Below are positions 47,200-55,560 of a DNA stretch of 64,000 nucleotides, piece after piece. The stretch comes from Clostridia bacterium (GTDB taxonomy: Bacteria; Bacillota; Clostridia; TANB77; CAG-508): the NCBI GenBank assembly GCA_017613275.1, contig JAGAED010000006.1:24841-88840 (forward strand). The letters are read 5' to 3'. The translations under genes and the position numbers were made by a program. Under the pieces are notes generated by a model that was not told the DNA's origin, searched no databases, and saw only the letters and a list, made by a program, of their open reading frames with translations. Position 1 is the first letter of the stretch; each line of letters opens with the position of its first letter.

Positions 47200-47238
47200 A
47201 AAACCTTGTTTTTGGGGTGTCCCCAAAAACAAGGTTTT
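47200..47238 (-). repeat. PAL palindrome copy with shortened loop, upstream of the membrane protein gene
   Basis: AAAACCTTGTTTTTGGGGTGTCCCCAAAAACAAGGTTTT; perfect 14-bp arms. Confidence 0.8.
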
Positions 47239-47265
47239 AAAAATAGAAAAGATTGGAGAATTAAA

Positions 47266-48939
47266 TTGGAAAAAACGAAAAAATTAAGTAATACTTTTAA
47301 AATTTCGCTAATTGCAATTTTTTTAATTGCTGTATTTTGCATTGCAATTACGCCAGTAACCCTTCAAAATGATACATATTACACAATTAAAATTGGTGAG
47401 CATATTGAAAATAACGGAATAGACATGAAAGATCCGTTCTCATGGCATGATAATTTAGATTATACATATCCACATTGGCTTTACGATTTGTTGACATTTA
47501 AAATATTTTCACAATTTGGATTTGAGGGGATATATGTTGTAACAGTTATTTTGTCAGTTATATTAGGACTTTCATTATATTTTGTGAGTTCAAAAATTTC
47601 CAAAAACAACATTATTGCATTTTTGGTTACATTTGGCGCACTTTATTTGATAAAAGACTATATCGCAGCAAGGGCACAACTTGTAACATTTATACTATTT
47701 GTGTGGTCGATTTTTTGTATAGAGAAATTTATAGAAAATCGTAAAATTAGATATGGTGTTGCATTATTTGGAATTGCTACACTAATTGCAAATTTACATG
47801 TTGCGGTTTGGCCATTTTTCTTTGTATTATTCTTGCCATACATTGGCGAGCTTTTTGTAGCGATTTTGGGCGATTTTATAATATATAGAAAATTTAATCA
47901 GTTCAAATTGAAATTCAAAATAAAACATTCTAAAAATGAAATGAAAATTCAAAAATACAAAGAGCAATTAAGGCAATTGGAAGAAAAGCTAGAGAAGATA
48001 AAAGTCAAAAGAACGAATGATTTACAGAACCCATATAAGATAAAAATAGAAAAAAACAAAAATGTCAAATGGTTAATATTAGTGATGTTAATATGTGTTG
48101 TAACAGGATTTTTAACTCCATTAGGTGACACACCATTTACATATTTAATAAAAACAATGCAAGGAAATACAACGCAAAATATAAATGAACACTTGCCTAT
48201 GACACTTTCTGCTCAGCCAGAAACATTGTGTGCGATTATAATTTTACTAGGTATTTTGACATTTACAAAAACAAAAATTAAATTAAGAGATTTATTCATG
48301 ATAGGTGGATTGAGCTATTTAATGCTTTTAAGCAAAAGACAAGTAACAATGTTTGCATTGGTAGGCACAATAATTTTGGGTAAATTGATTGTAGATTTTG
48401 TTTTTGGGGACACTGCCAAAAAACAAGGGTTATCTGAAAGGGTTGAGAGGCTAGAGAAAATCGCCTTGAAACCAATTATCGTAATAGCGATGATACTTGT
48501 TGTTGGATGGTTTTCTTGGACAAACTGCAAAGATAAATTTGATGATAAAATAGTTGACCCAAGGAATTATCCAGTGGCTGCTTGCGATTATATTTTGAAA
48601 AATATTGATTTAAGCAAGGCGAGATTTTACAATGAATATAATTATGGAAGTTATATGCTTTTTAGAGGTATTCCTGTTTTTATAGATTCTAGAGCTGACT
48701 TGTATGCGCCTGAGTTTAGTGGACTTGAAGATGATATTTTTATGGATTTTATAAATGTTTCTAGTGTTGGAACTTTCTATGAAGATATTTTTGAAAAGTA
48801 TAATATTACTCATGCTATTATGAATAAAAATGCGAAAATTAGCATGATTATTGACAAGACTAATGATAGCAATTATAAGAAGATATATTCTGACAATTAT
48901 TTTGTGATTTATCAAAGGCTTAATGCAAAGGAGAGATAA
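47266..48939 (+). CDS. Polytopic membrane protein (557 aa), function unknown (possibly a GT-C-like glycosyltransferase)
   Basis: TTG 47266 is 7 nt after GGAG (the ORF-track start at 47206 reads through the PAL repeat); more than 10 predicted TM helices, a charged loop (KYKEQLRQLEEKLEKIKVKR) and a soluble C-terminal domain. Confidence 0.75.
   Translation: MEKTKKLSNTFKISLIAIFLIAVFCIAITPVTLQNDTYYTIKIGEHIENNGIDMKDPFSWHDNLDYTYPHWLYDLLTFKIFSQFGFEGIYVVTVILSVILGLSLYFVSSKISKNNIIAFLVTFGALYLIKDYIAARAQLVTFILFVWSIFCIEKFIENRKIRYGVALFGIATLIANLHVAVWPFFFVLFLPYIGELFVAILGDFIIYRKFNQFKLKFKIKHSKNEMKIQKYKEQLRQLEEKLEKIKVKRTNDLQNPYKIKIEKNKNVKWLILVMLICVVTGFLTPLGDTPFTYLIKTMQGNTTQNINEHLPMTLSAQPETLCAIIILLGILTFTKTKIKLRDLFMIGGLSYLMLLSKRQVTMFALVGTIILGKLIVDFVFGDTAKKQGLSERVERLEKIALKPIIVIAMILVVGWFSWTNCKDKFDDKIVDPRNYPVAACDYILKNIDLSKARFYNEYNYGSYMLFRGIPVFIDSRADLYAPEFSGLEDDIFMDFINVSSVGTFYEDIFEKYNITHAIMNKNAKISMIIDKTNDSNYKKIYSDNYFVIYQRLNAKER
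48397..48429 (+). repeat. Degenerate PAL-like sequence inside the membrane protein CDS
   Basis: TTTTGTTTTTGGGGACACTGCCAAAAAACAAGGG, translated in frame as FVFGDTAKKQG. Confidence 0.5.
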
Positions 48940-48941
48940 AA

Positions 48942-49841
48942 TTGGAAAAAATCGTAGTTGAAGATGATGGTAAAAGAAGGATTGATGCTTTTGTAGCAGA
49001 TAATACTGATTTTTCTAGGGTTGCAGTGCAACGCTTGATAGATGAAGGAAAGATTACTGTAAATGGAAAATCAGTTAAATCTTCTTATAAAGTACAAATG
49101 GGGGATGAAATTGAAATCGAGAAGGTTGAGGCTAAGGAGATTTCGCTAGTAGCCCAAGATATACCACTTGATGTTTTATATGAGGATGATGACATTATAG
49201 TTATAAACAAACCTAAAGGAATGGTTGTGCATCCAGCTAACGGCAATCCAGATGGAACCTTAGTAAATGCTGTTATGGCTATTTGCAAGGACTCGCTTTC
49301 TGGAATTGGAGGAGAGATTAGACCAGGGATTGTTCATAGGCTTGATAAAGATACTTCTGGGGTTATTATTGTTGCTAAAAATGATAAGGCACATATAAAT
49401 TTGAGTGAACAAATTAAAAACCATGAGGTTGAAAAGACTTATATTGCACTTGTTAGAGGAAATGTGCCTGAGAATGAGGCGACAATAAATATGCCTATTG
49501 GTAGAAGTACTAAGGACAGGAAGAAGATGGCTGTAACAAAAGCTGGTAAGAATGCTGTTACTCATTTTAGGGTTTTAAAAAGACATAATAATTACACTTT
49601 GTTGGAGGTCAAGATTGAGACTGGTAGAACTCATCAGATTAGAGTACATATGGCTGAAATCGGATTCCCGATTATTGGTGATGGTGTGTATTCTAATGGA
49701 AAGAATGAGTGGGGCATAGAGGGACAATGCCTTCATGCAAAATCTATCAAGTTTAAACATCCTATTTCTCATAAGGAAATGTTTATTGAGGCACCTTTGC
49801 CAAAGTATTTTCAAGATATTATTGATAGTTTAGGAGAATAA
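48942..49841 (+). CDS. rluD: RluA/RluD-family 23S rRNA pseudouridine synthase
   Basis: S4-like N-terminus, HRLDKDTSG catalytic motif, GRTHQIRVH motif. Confidence 0.9.
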   Translation: MEKIVVEDDGKRRIDAFVADNTDFSRVAVQRLIDEGKITVNGKSVKSSYKVQMGDEIEIEKVEAKEISLVAQDIPLDVLYEDDDIIVINKPKGMVVHPANGNPDGTLVNAVMAICKDSLSGIGGEIRPGIVHRLDKDTSGVIIVAKNDKAHINLSEQIKNHEVEKTYIALVRGNVPENEATINMPIGRSTKDRKKMAVTKAGKNAVTHFRVLKRHNNYTLLEVKIETGRTHQIRVHMAEIGFPIIGDGVYSNGKNEWGIEGQCLHAKSIKFKHPISHKEMFIEAPLPKYFQDIIDSLGE

Positions 49842-49842
49842 A

Positions 49843-50571
49843 ATGGAACAAGTTAGATTACAAAAGTTCTTGGCAGAGGCCGGAGTTGCTTCTAGAAGAA
49901 AAAGCGAAGAACTGATTTTGGCAGGAAAAGTCGCCGTAAATGGAAATGTTGTAACTGAATTGGGAACAAAGGTTAATCCAGACACAGATAAAGTCACATT
50001 TAATGGACAAATTGTGGAAAGTAGCGAGAAAAAAGTCTATATTTTGTTAAATAAACCAATTGGATATGTTACAACTGCAAGTGATCAGTTTAATAGAGAT
50101 ACTGTTTTGGATTTGGTAAAAATTAGAGAAAGAGTTGTACCTTGCGGAAGGCTAGATATGTATACATCTGGAGCTTTGATTCTTACAAATGATGGCGATT
50201 TTGTCTATAAAATTACTCACCCAAAGCATGAAATTACAAAAACTTATACTGTTACTTTGAAAGGAATTGTGACAAATGAGGAAGTTCAAAGTTTGCGTAA
50301 TGGTGTTGAAATAGATGATGATGGAACTCCATACAAGACAAAGAAAGCCCAAGTCAAAATTCTGAAAACTGATTTGGAAAAGGATATTTCCAGATTGGAA
50401 ATTGTTATTCATGAGGGAAAGAATAGACAAGTTAGAAAAATGTGTGAGGCAGTTGGCAGAAAGGTTTTAGCATTGCATAGGTCAAAAATAGGAGATATTG
50501 GCGTAAAGGATATAGAACTTGGAAAATGGAGATTTTTAAAAGATTATGAAATTCAAAAGCTATTGAAGTAA
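49843..50571 (+). CDS. rluB: RsuA/RluB-family pseudouridine synthase
   Basis: S4 domain (RLQKFLAEAGVASRRKSEELI), GRLDMYTSGALILTNDG catalytic motif, EGKNRQVRKM. Confidence 0.88.
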   Translation: MEQVRLQKFLAEAGVASRRKSEELILAGKVAVNGNVVTELGTKVNPDTDKVTFNGQIVESSEKKVYILLNKPIGYVTTASDQFNRDTVLDLVKIRERVVPCGRLDMYTSGALILTNDGDFVYKITHPKHEITKTYTVTLKGIVTNEEVQSLRNGVEIDDDGTPYKTKKAQVKILKTDLEKDISRLEIVIHEGKNRQVRKMCEAVGRKVLALHRSKIGDIGVKDIELGKWRFLKDYEIQKLLK

Positions 50572-50590
50572 AATTCAATAGCTTTTTTTT
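50559..50590 (+). terminator. Rho-independent terminator overlapping the rluB stop
   Basis: GCTATTGAA-gtaaaa-TTCAATAGC followed by T8. Confidence 0.8.
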
Positions 50591-50599
50591 ATAAAAAAC

Positions 50600-50628
50600 T
50601 TGAAAAATGAAAAAAGAAAATATATAAT
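50600..50628 (+). promoter_or_regulatory. Putative promoter (TTGAAA-17-TATAAT)
   Basis: Hexamers at 50600-50605 and 50623-50628. Confidence 0.55.
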
Positions 50629-50696
50629 ATAAAAAACTATGAGGTGTGAAGAATGTTTGAAAATTCGCACAATTAAACTAAAGATAGGAGAAACAA

Positions 50697-51500
50697 ATGA
50701 TACAAAATAATATTATGCCTGAAGGTTGGGACAACGTGGTTTCAACATTAGATGGGAACAATATAAACGAAGTGATAAACAATCAAACTACATTACAAGG
50801 AATAGTTACAGATTGTGATGATGATTTTAACTTGCACATTGACCTAGGAAATTATAAAGGAATGATGCCTAGAAGTGAGATTGAAGGAATAAACCTTCAA
50901 AGAAATGGGTTACCCAAAACTAACCTTTGCACAGGAAAGGTTAATAAATTTGTGCAATTTAAAGTTAAAAATATAGAAGATGATGGAACTGCAATATTAT
51001 CTAGAAAAGCAGTCCAAAATGAAGCATTGAATTGGATAAAAAATGACTTAAAAGTTGGGGATATTGTAACTGGAATTGTTAAAAGAGTAGAAAGTTACGG
51101 AGTCTTTATAGAAATTGGTGGCGGAGTTGTAGGACTTGCACATATAGAGGATTTGTCAGTTGCAAGAATTAAGTCAGCTTTTGAGAGAGTTAGCATAGGA
51201 CAAAAACTTGAGGTTATGATAAAAGCTATTGATAAAGAAACTGGTAAACTGATATTATCATATAAAGAACTTTTAGGAACATGGGAGGAAAATGCAGATA
51301 AATTTAATGTAGGACAAAAAGCTAAAGGAATTGTAAGGGAAACTGAAAAACATAAAAACGGTATTTTTATTGAACTATTGCCTAATCTTGTGGGAATGGC
51401 CGAATATGAGGATGGCTTGGAATATGGGCAAGAAGTTAATGTTTATATAAAACGCATTGATTACGAAAGACGAAAAGTGAAATTACTTGTATTATCGTAA
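50697..51500 (+). CDS. S1 RNA-binding domain protein (YabR-like, multiple S1 repeats)
   Basis: GDIVTGIVKRVESYGVFIEIGGGVVGLAHIEDLS S1 signature, plus flanking S1-like repeats. Confidence 0.85.
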   Translation: MIQNNIMPEGWDNVVSTLDGNNINEVINNQTTLQGIVTDCDDDFNLHIDLGNYKGMMPRSEIEGINLQRNGLPKTNLCTGKVNKFVQFKVKNIEDDGTAILSRKAVQNEALNWIKNDLKVGDIVTGIVKRVESYGVFIEIGGGVVGLAHIEDLSVARIKSAFERVSIGQKLEVMIKAIDKETGKLILSYKELLGTWEENADKFNVGQKAKGIVRETEKHKNGIFIELLPNLVGMAEYEDGLEYGQEVNVYIKRIDYERRKVKLLVLS

Positions 51501-51519
51501 ATAGAAAGGAAGTTTAAAG

Positions 51520-52461
51520 ATGATTAAAGATAATGAAATTAAAGCACAAATTTCACCTTTTGCAATGAGAGAAGGAGAAATCAAAACATTTGATGGAAAA
51601 GATGGATATGTTTCTATGAACCAAATTGTCCATAAAATAAACATTGGACATATTACAGACATTCACTTTGCAATTTTGGATTTGGTAAATGAATTTGAGT
51701 TTATAACTTCAAGACAAATTTATCAATTGCTAGAGTTAAAAGGATTCGATCCACAATCTCAAGACAAATTAAACAACAAATTGGATAGTTTAGTTAAATC
51801 TAAAATTTTAACAAGATACTATTTTACATCAGATGAAGGTAAAGGCGTTTACAGAATTTATTGTTTGGAAAAAATGGGTAAATACCTATTGAATTCAAAG
51901 GAAATTGAATGTAAATGGCAACAATCTGACAATACAAAACCAGTTGCTATGATTAAGAAAAGATTAGCAGGAAATCAAATTCTAATTGCATATAAAACAA
52001 AGGTTAAGGCCTTTGATAGTCTTAAGGTAAAACCAACACTTCAAGCAAAACAACTAGGAAAACAATTTAAAGCATCAGCTGGTGGCGTAAAACTTACAAA
52101 GGCTAGTAAATCTATCGATTTCATTTTCGAAGCAGTTAGAAGAGAAGATGACTGGAAAGAAAAATTAGTTGATAAAATGAAGTTATATAAGGACTTTTAC
52201 GAAAATTATGTAATTGGGGATTCTGGATATAGTACAATGCCTCAATTAATAATTGTTGCTGAAGATGATAAACACATGGCAGAATGCTTTAAAGTAATCG
52301 TAACATCTGGTACAGAGATTTCTAAAATTTCTTTACTATTTACAACAGATTTGCGCCAAAATGAAGAAGATTTATCTAAATCTTTGGTACAATATAAATT
52401 AGATGAAAAAACAAATAAATATAAAGTTGAAAATGTAAGTTTAAAACTTTTAGAAAGTTAG
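51520..52461 (+). CDS. Hypothetical protein (313 aa) with winged-helix-like N-terminus; possibly replication-relaxation (Replic_Relax)-like
   Basis: ILDLVNEFEFITSRQIYQLL...LNNKLDSLVKSKILTRYY...YRIYCLEKMGKYLL resembles the wHTH of Replic_Relax proteins; family assignment from motif reading only. Confidence 0.6.
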   Translation: MIKDNEIKAQISPFAMREGEIKTFDGKDGYVSMNQIVHKINIGHITDIHFAILDLVNEFEFITSRQIYQLLELKGFDPQSQDKLNNKLDSLVKSKILTRYYFTSDEGKGVYRIYCLEKMGKYLLNSKEIECKWQQSDNTKPVAMIKKRLAGNQILIAYKTKVKAFDSLKVKPTLQAKQLGKQFKASAGGVKLTKASKSIDFIFEAVRREDDWKEKLVDKMKLYKDFYENYVIGDSGYSTMPQLIIVAEDDKHMAECFKVIVTSGTEISKISLLFTTDLRQNEEDLSKSLVQYKLDEKTNKYKVENVSLKLLES

Positions 52462-52468
52462 ATTTTGT

Positions 52469-52506
52469 AACCTGGTTTTTTGGGACACTCCTAAAAAACC
52501 AGGTTT
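52469..52506 (+). terminator. PAL palindrome copy with compensatory stem changes
   Basis: AACCTGGTTTTTTGGGACACTCCTAAAAAACCAGGTTTT (CCTGG/CCAGG in place of CCTTG/CAAGG). Confidence 0.75.
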
Positions 52507-52536
52507 TGAAAGCCATTTTTAAATGTGGGAGGATAC

Positions 52537-54273
52537 ATGGATAAAAAGGATATTTTAAGAAATGTTTATGAAGATTTTTTTGGAATAGAAAAACTAGCAA
52601 GAGAAAATGAGCGCATTGCTAAGGAATTAGAAGAAATGGATAGCAAATACAAGCCGTTAAAGGATGAAGAAATTCCAGAGATAATTGTTAATAGAGATGA
52701 GGAAAAACAATCAGATAAAGAAGCACAAGAAATTGACAAAGATAAATACATGAAAGATATTTTTGAAGAAATTGATAACTTATATATTGATGATTCTTCA
52801 AAAGATTTGTTAAAGAAAATTGTTGAATATATGAGAAAATATAACGAAAAGATTGAAAAACAATATATTTCATTTAATTTAAAAATGTATTTAAATAACA
52901 AAGAAACAATATCAAAAATTGTAAAAATTCTTTTGGATTCAGCAGACATTTTCAAATATCTAAAAGCTGGAGAAGCGGCATATTATTCAATGTACGACAT
53001 TGAAGAGGTTAAACAATTAGAAAGCGTATATGGTGGTAAAAATAGTATTGTGGTTTTACAAAATTTTGAAGGATTTAATGAAAAAGAAGATAGTTTTAAA
53101 AATAAATTTGTAAGCAAATTTGATGAGTTCTTAGAAAAAAGTGAAAACCAAGTTTTAACTATTTTATGTGCTAAAAATAAGGATTTAATAAACACAGCAT
53201 TTTCTAAAAATGAAGAAGTGTTACAAAAATTCTTCGACTTTGAAATTACAGGCATAGAGCCAGATATACAAGATGTTTACCAAGATGTGTTTAATCAACT
53301 AGAAGAAAAAATGGAATTAACAGATGATTTCAAAGTCAAACTTTTAGACTATATTACAAAAAATTATGCCGGAAATAGCTTGCCTTACCCAGAATACAGG
53401 GACAAGCTATGTGAGAAAATCGTGTTCACAAAAGAACTTCCAGAAGTTGAAAAAGAAAAGACAATGGAAGAAATTTTTGAGGAATTAAATACACTTGTTG
53501 GACTTGATAAAGTTAAAAATATGCTACATGATTTAGTAGACTTAATCGAGTTGAAAAATAAAACAAAAGATGATTTAAAAATCAAAAACATCAATTTACA
53601 TATGGTGTTTTTAGGAAATCCTGGAACTGGTAAAACAACAGTTGCAAGGATTGTGGCAGAAATGCTTTATAACTTAAAATACATTAAACAAAATAAGTTG
53701 ATAGAAGTTTCTAGCAAAGATTTAGTAGCAGAATATGTTGGACAAACTGCACCAAAAACAAATGCTGTTGTTCAAAAAGCTTTGGGTGGAGTACTATTTG
53801 TAGACGAGGCATATAGTTTAGCTTCTGGACAAGGTCAAGGAAATTCATTTAATGAGGAAGCTATTGCAACTTTAATTCAGGCAATGGAAAATTACAGAGA
53901 TGACTTAGTTGTAATATTTGCGGGTTATACAAGAGAAATGCAAGACTTCCTAAATGCAAACTCTGGAATAGTTTCTAGAATAGGCTATACAGTTGAATTT
54001 GAAGACTACACACCAGATGAGTTAATCCAAATATTTAACCAAATGATGGAAAAATCTGGCTTTGTTGTTACAAAAGAAGCACTAGATAAAGTTAGAGAGA
54101 TAATAGATGAATATAAAGGTACTAAAAACTTTGGTAATGCACGTTTTGTGAGAAATATCTACGAAAAATCAATAGTAAAACATGCATCAAATACAAAAGG
54201 AAAGAAAGGGAAAAAAGTACTTAAAACAATATCTAAAGACGATATTAGCACAGAAAACTTGTTAAAGATGTAA
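52537..54273 (+). CDS. SpoVK/CbbX-type AAA+ ATPase with a long N-terminal extension (578 aa)
   Basis: Walker A GNPGTGKTTVA, Walker B VLFVDEAYSL, LVVIFAGY, ...SRIGYTVEFEDYT; ATG 52537 after GGGAGGA. Confidence 0.88.
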   Translation: MDKKDILRNVYEDFFGIEKLARENERIAKELEEMDSKYKPLKDEEIPEIIVNRDEEKQSDKEAQEIDKDKYMKDIFEEIDNLYIDDSSKDLLKKIVEYMRKYNEKIEKQYISFNLKMYLNNKETISKIVKILLDSADIFKYLKAGEAAYYSMYDIEEVKQLESVYGGKNSIVVLQNFEGFNEKEDSFKNKFVSKFDEFLEKSENQVLTILCAKNKDLINTAFSKNEEVLQKFFDFEITGIEPDIQDVYQDVFNQLEEKMELTDDFKVKLLDYITKNYAGNSLPYPEYRDKLCEKIVFTKELPEVEKEKTMEEIFEELNTLVGLDKVKNMLHDLVDLIELKNKTKDDLKIKNINLHMVFLGNPGTGKTTVARIVAEMLYNLKYIKQNKLIEVSSKDLVAEYVGQTAPKTNAVVQKALGGVLFVDEAYSLASGQGQGNSFNEEAIATLIQAMENYRDDLVVIFAGYTREMQDFLNANSGIVSRIGYTVEFEDYTPDELIQIFNQMMEKSGFVVTKEALDKVREIIDEYKGTKNFGNARFVRNIYEKSIVKHASNTKGKKGKKVLKTISKDDISTENLLKM

Positions 54274-54280
54274 CTCTTAG

Positions 54281-54307
54281 AAGTGTCCTAATTTTAGGAC
54301 ACTTTTT
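54281..54307 (+). terminator. Hairpin terminator whose stem is built from the PAL loop motif (AAGTGTCCT / AGGACACTT)
   Basis: AAGTGTCCTAATTTTAGGACACTTTTTGT. Confidence 0.7.
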
Positions 54308-54322
54308 GTATTGAGTTTGAAT

Positions 54323-54351
54323 TTGATTTTATGCGGAAAATGTGGTATAAT
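54323..54351 (+). promoter_or_regulatory. Strong sigmaA-type promoter (TTGATT-17-TATAAT with TGn extended -10)
   Basis: TTGATT 54323-54328, TGG 54343-54345, TATAAT 54346-54351. Confidence 0.65.
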
Positions 54352-54420
54352 ATTAACATAAAATGTTTTAATTATAGACTAATAATTTGCTATGATGAAA
54401 ACAAATGTCTACAAAAGGAG

Positions 54421-54432
54421 TGTGATATCACA
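54421..54432. promoter_or_regulatory. Perfect 12-bp palindrome TGTGATATCACA in the operon leader (candidate operator)
   Basis: Self-complementary 12-mer about 65 nt downstream of the -10 and about 58 nt upstream of the GTG start. Confidence 0.4.
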
Positions 54433-54489
54433 AACAAAATTGTAAGCCCAAAAACCAGAAAACCAAAAACTATAAAGGAGGAATCAGCA

Positions 54490-55560
54490 GTGCTACAACT
54501 GCAAGTAAGCAACATTGACATCTGTCGGATTAGTCAAATACTTGTAAAATATAATATAAAAGCAAGCATTTCTAATTCGCATATCACATTGGAAGGTGAT
54601 ATTTCAAATGAATTACTCACTAAGATTTGTGGGGAATCTGAAATGGAGATAAGATCCATTCAGAACTTTGTTAGAGAAGATATATCAGATTTTCTGATGC
54701 CGGTATTTGTACAACAACCGGAATTTGACCTATTGTATCCGAAGGTCAAGTTTGGAGAGCTGTATTTGTGCGATTTTGGTGACCCCTATGAACACGAGCT
54801 GGGATTCATCAGATATGCAATTATAGTGCAAAACAATTATGGGAATGAAAGCTCTTCAACAACAATAGTTGTACCATGTACAACTAAAAATAAGCGATTT
54901 TTCTCAACTAATTATTATACTACATTTTCTAGCGACAATATGATTGACTACGATATTAAAAAAGTAGGAACGAAGGAAAATGTAATAAAGATTGAGCAAA
55001 TCAGAGCAGTGGATAAGTCAAGACTAAGAAAGTATCTAGGGACACTGAAGCCGGAATTAATGAGTGAAATCTTGGAAAAAATCCATGAAAACATGCAGTT
55101 GAACGAGGACTCTAACAATGTAGATTATAAAAAAGTTTACATTTCCAGAAAGAAGGAACCTGCAAGGTATAGAAAAGATCTGAATATGACTCAAATTCAG
55201 ATTTTGTCTCGTGTAGAGATAAAAAAACTGATAGAAATTTCCGATAGTAATCTCGAGGATGAGAACAAAGTCGAAAAAATCTTAGAGTTGTTCGGATTTA
55301 ATCTCAATCAAAAGGGCGTAAAGCTGCTGGCAAAAGCTATTCTTGCTTCTCCCAAGGATGAATACTTTAACATTGAAACTTTATCAGAAATTGTTTCACG
55401 AGATGAAGTAATTAGCAGGGAAGAAGTTAAAAGATTGATTATTGCAAGAGTTAAAGAAACTTTTGGTTTTAGCAAAGCTCCTACAATTGACTTCATACGA
55501 GTAATTAATGCATTTTTAACAAAACAGGAGGAAAACAAAGATGAAGAAACTAGTTTTTAA
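54490..55560 (+). CDS. Three-domain fusion protein (356 aa): novel N-terminal ~60-aa domain + MazF/PemK-like endoribonuclease fold + C-terminal Spo0A_C-like helix-turn-helix domain
   Basis: GTG 54490 is 7 nt after AAGGAGGA; FGELYLCDFGDPYEHELGFIRYAIIVQNNYGN...TTIVVPCTT...IKIEQIRAVDKSRLRKYLGTL matches MazF/EndoA motifs; LFGFNLNQKGVKLLAKAIL...SREEVKRLIIARVKETF...APTIDFIRVINAFL parallels the Spo0A C-terminal domain. Confidence 0.75.
   Translation: MLQLQVSNIDICRISQILVKYNIKASISNSHITLEGDISNELLTKICGESEMEIRSIQNFVREDISDFLMPVFVQQPEFDLLYPKVKFGELYLCDFGDPYEHELGFIRYAIIVQNNYGNESSSTTIVVPCTTKNKRFFSTNYYTTFSSDNMIDYDIKKVGTKENVIKIEQIRAVDKSRLRKYLGTLKPELMSEILEKIHENMQLNEDSNNVDYKKVYISRKKEPARYRKDLNMTQIQILSRVEIKKLIEISDSNLEDENKVEKILELFGFNLNQKGVKLLAKAILASPKDEYFNIETLSEIVSRDEVISREEVKRLIIARVKETFGFSKAPTIDFIRVINAFLTKQEENKDEETSF

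Noticed and set aside
54392-54445. A 17-codon ORF (MMKTNVYKRSVISQTKL) in the leader of the MazF-like operon as a hidden antitoxin
   Set aside because: It has no SD sequence upstream, it overlaps the palindrome, and it is far shorter than any known MazE/PemI-type antitoxin. I treated the region as 5' UTR.
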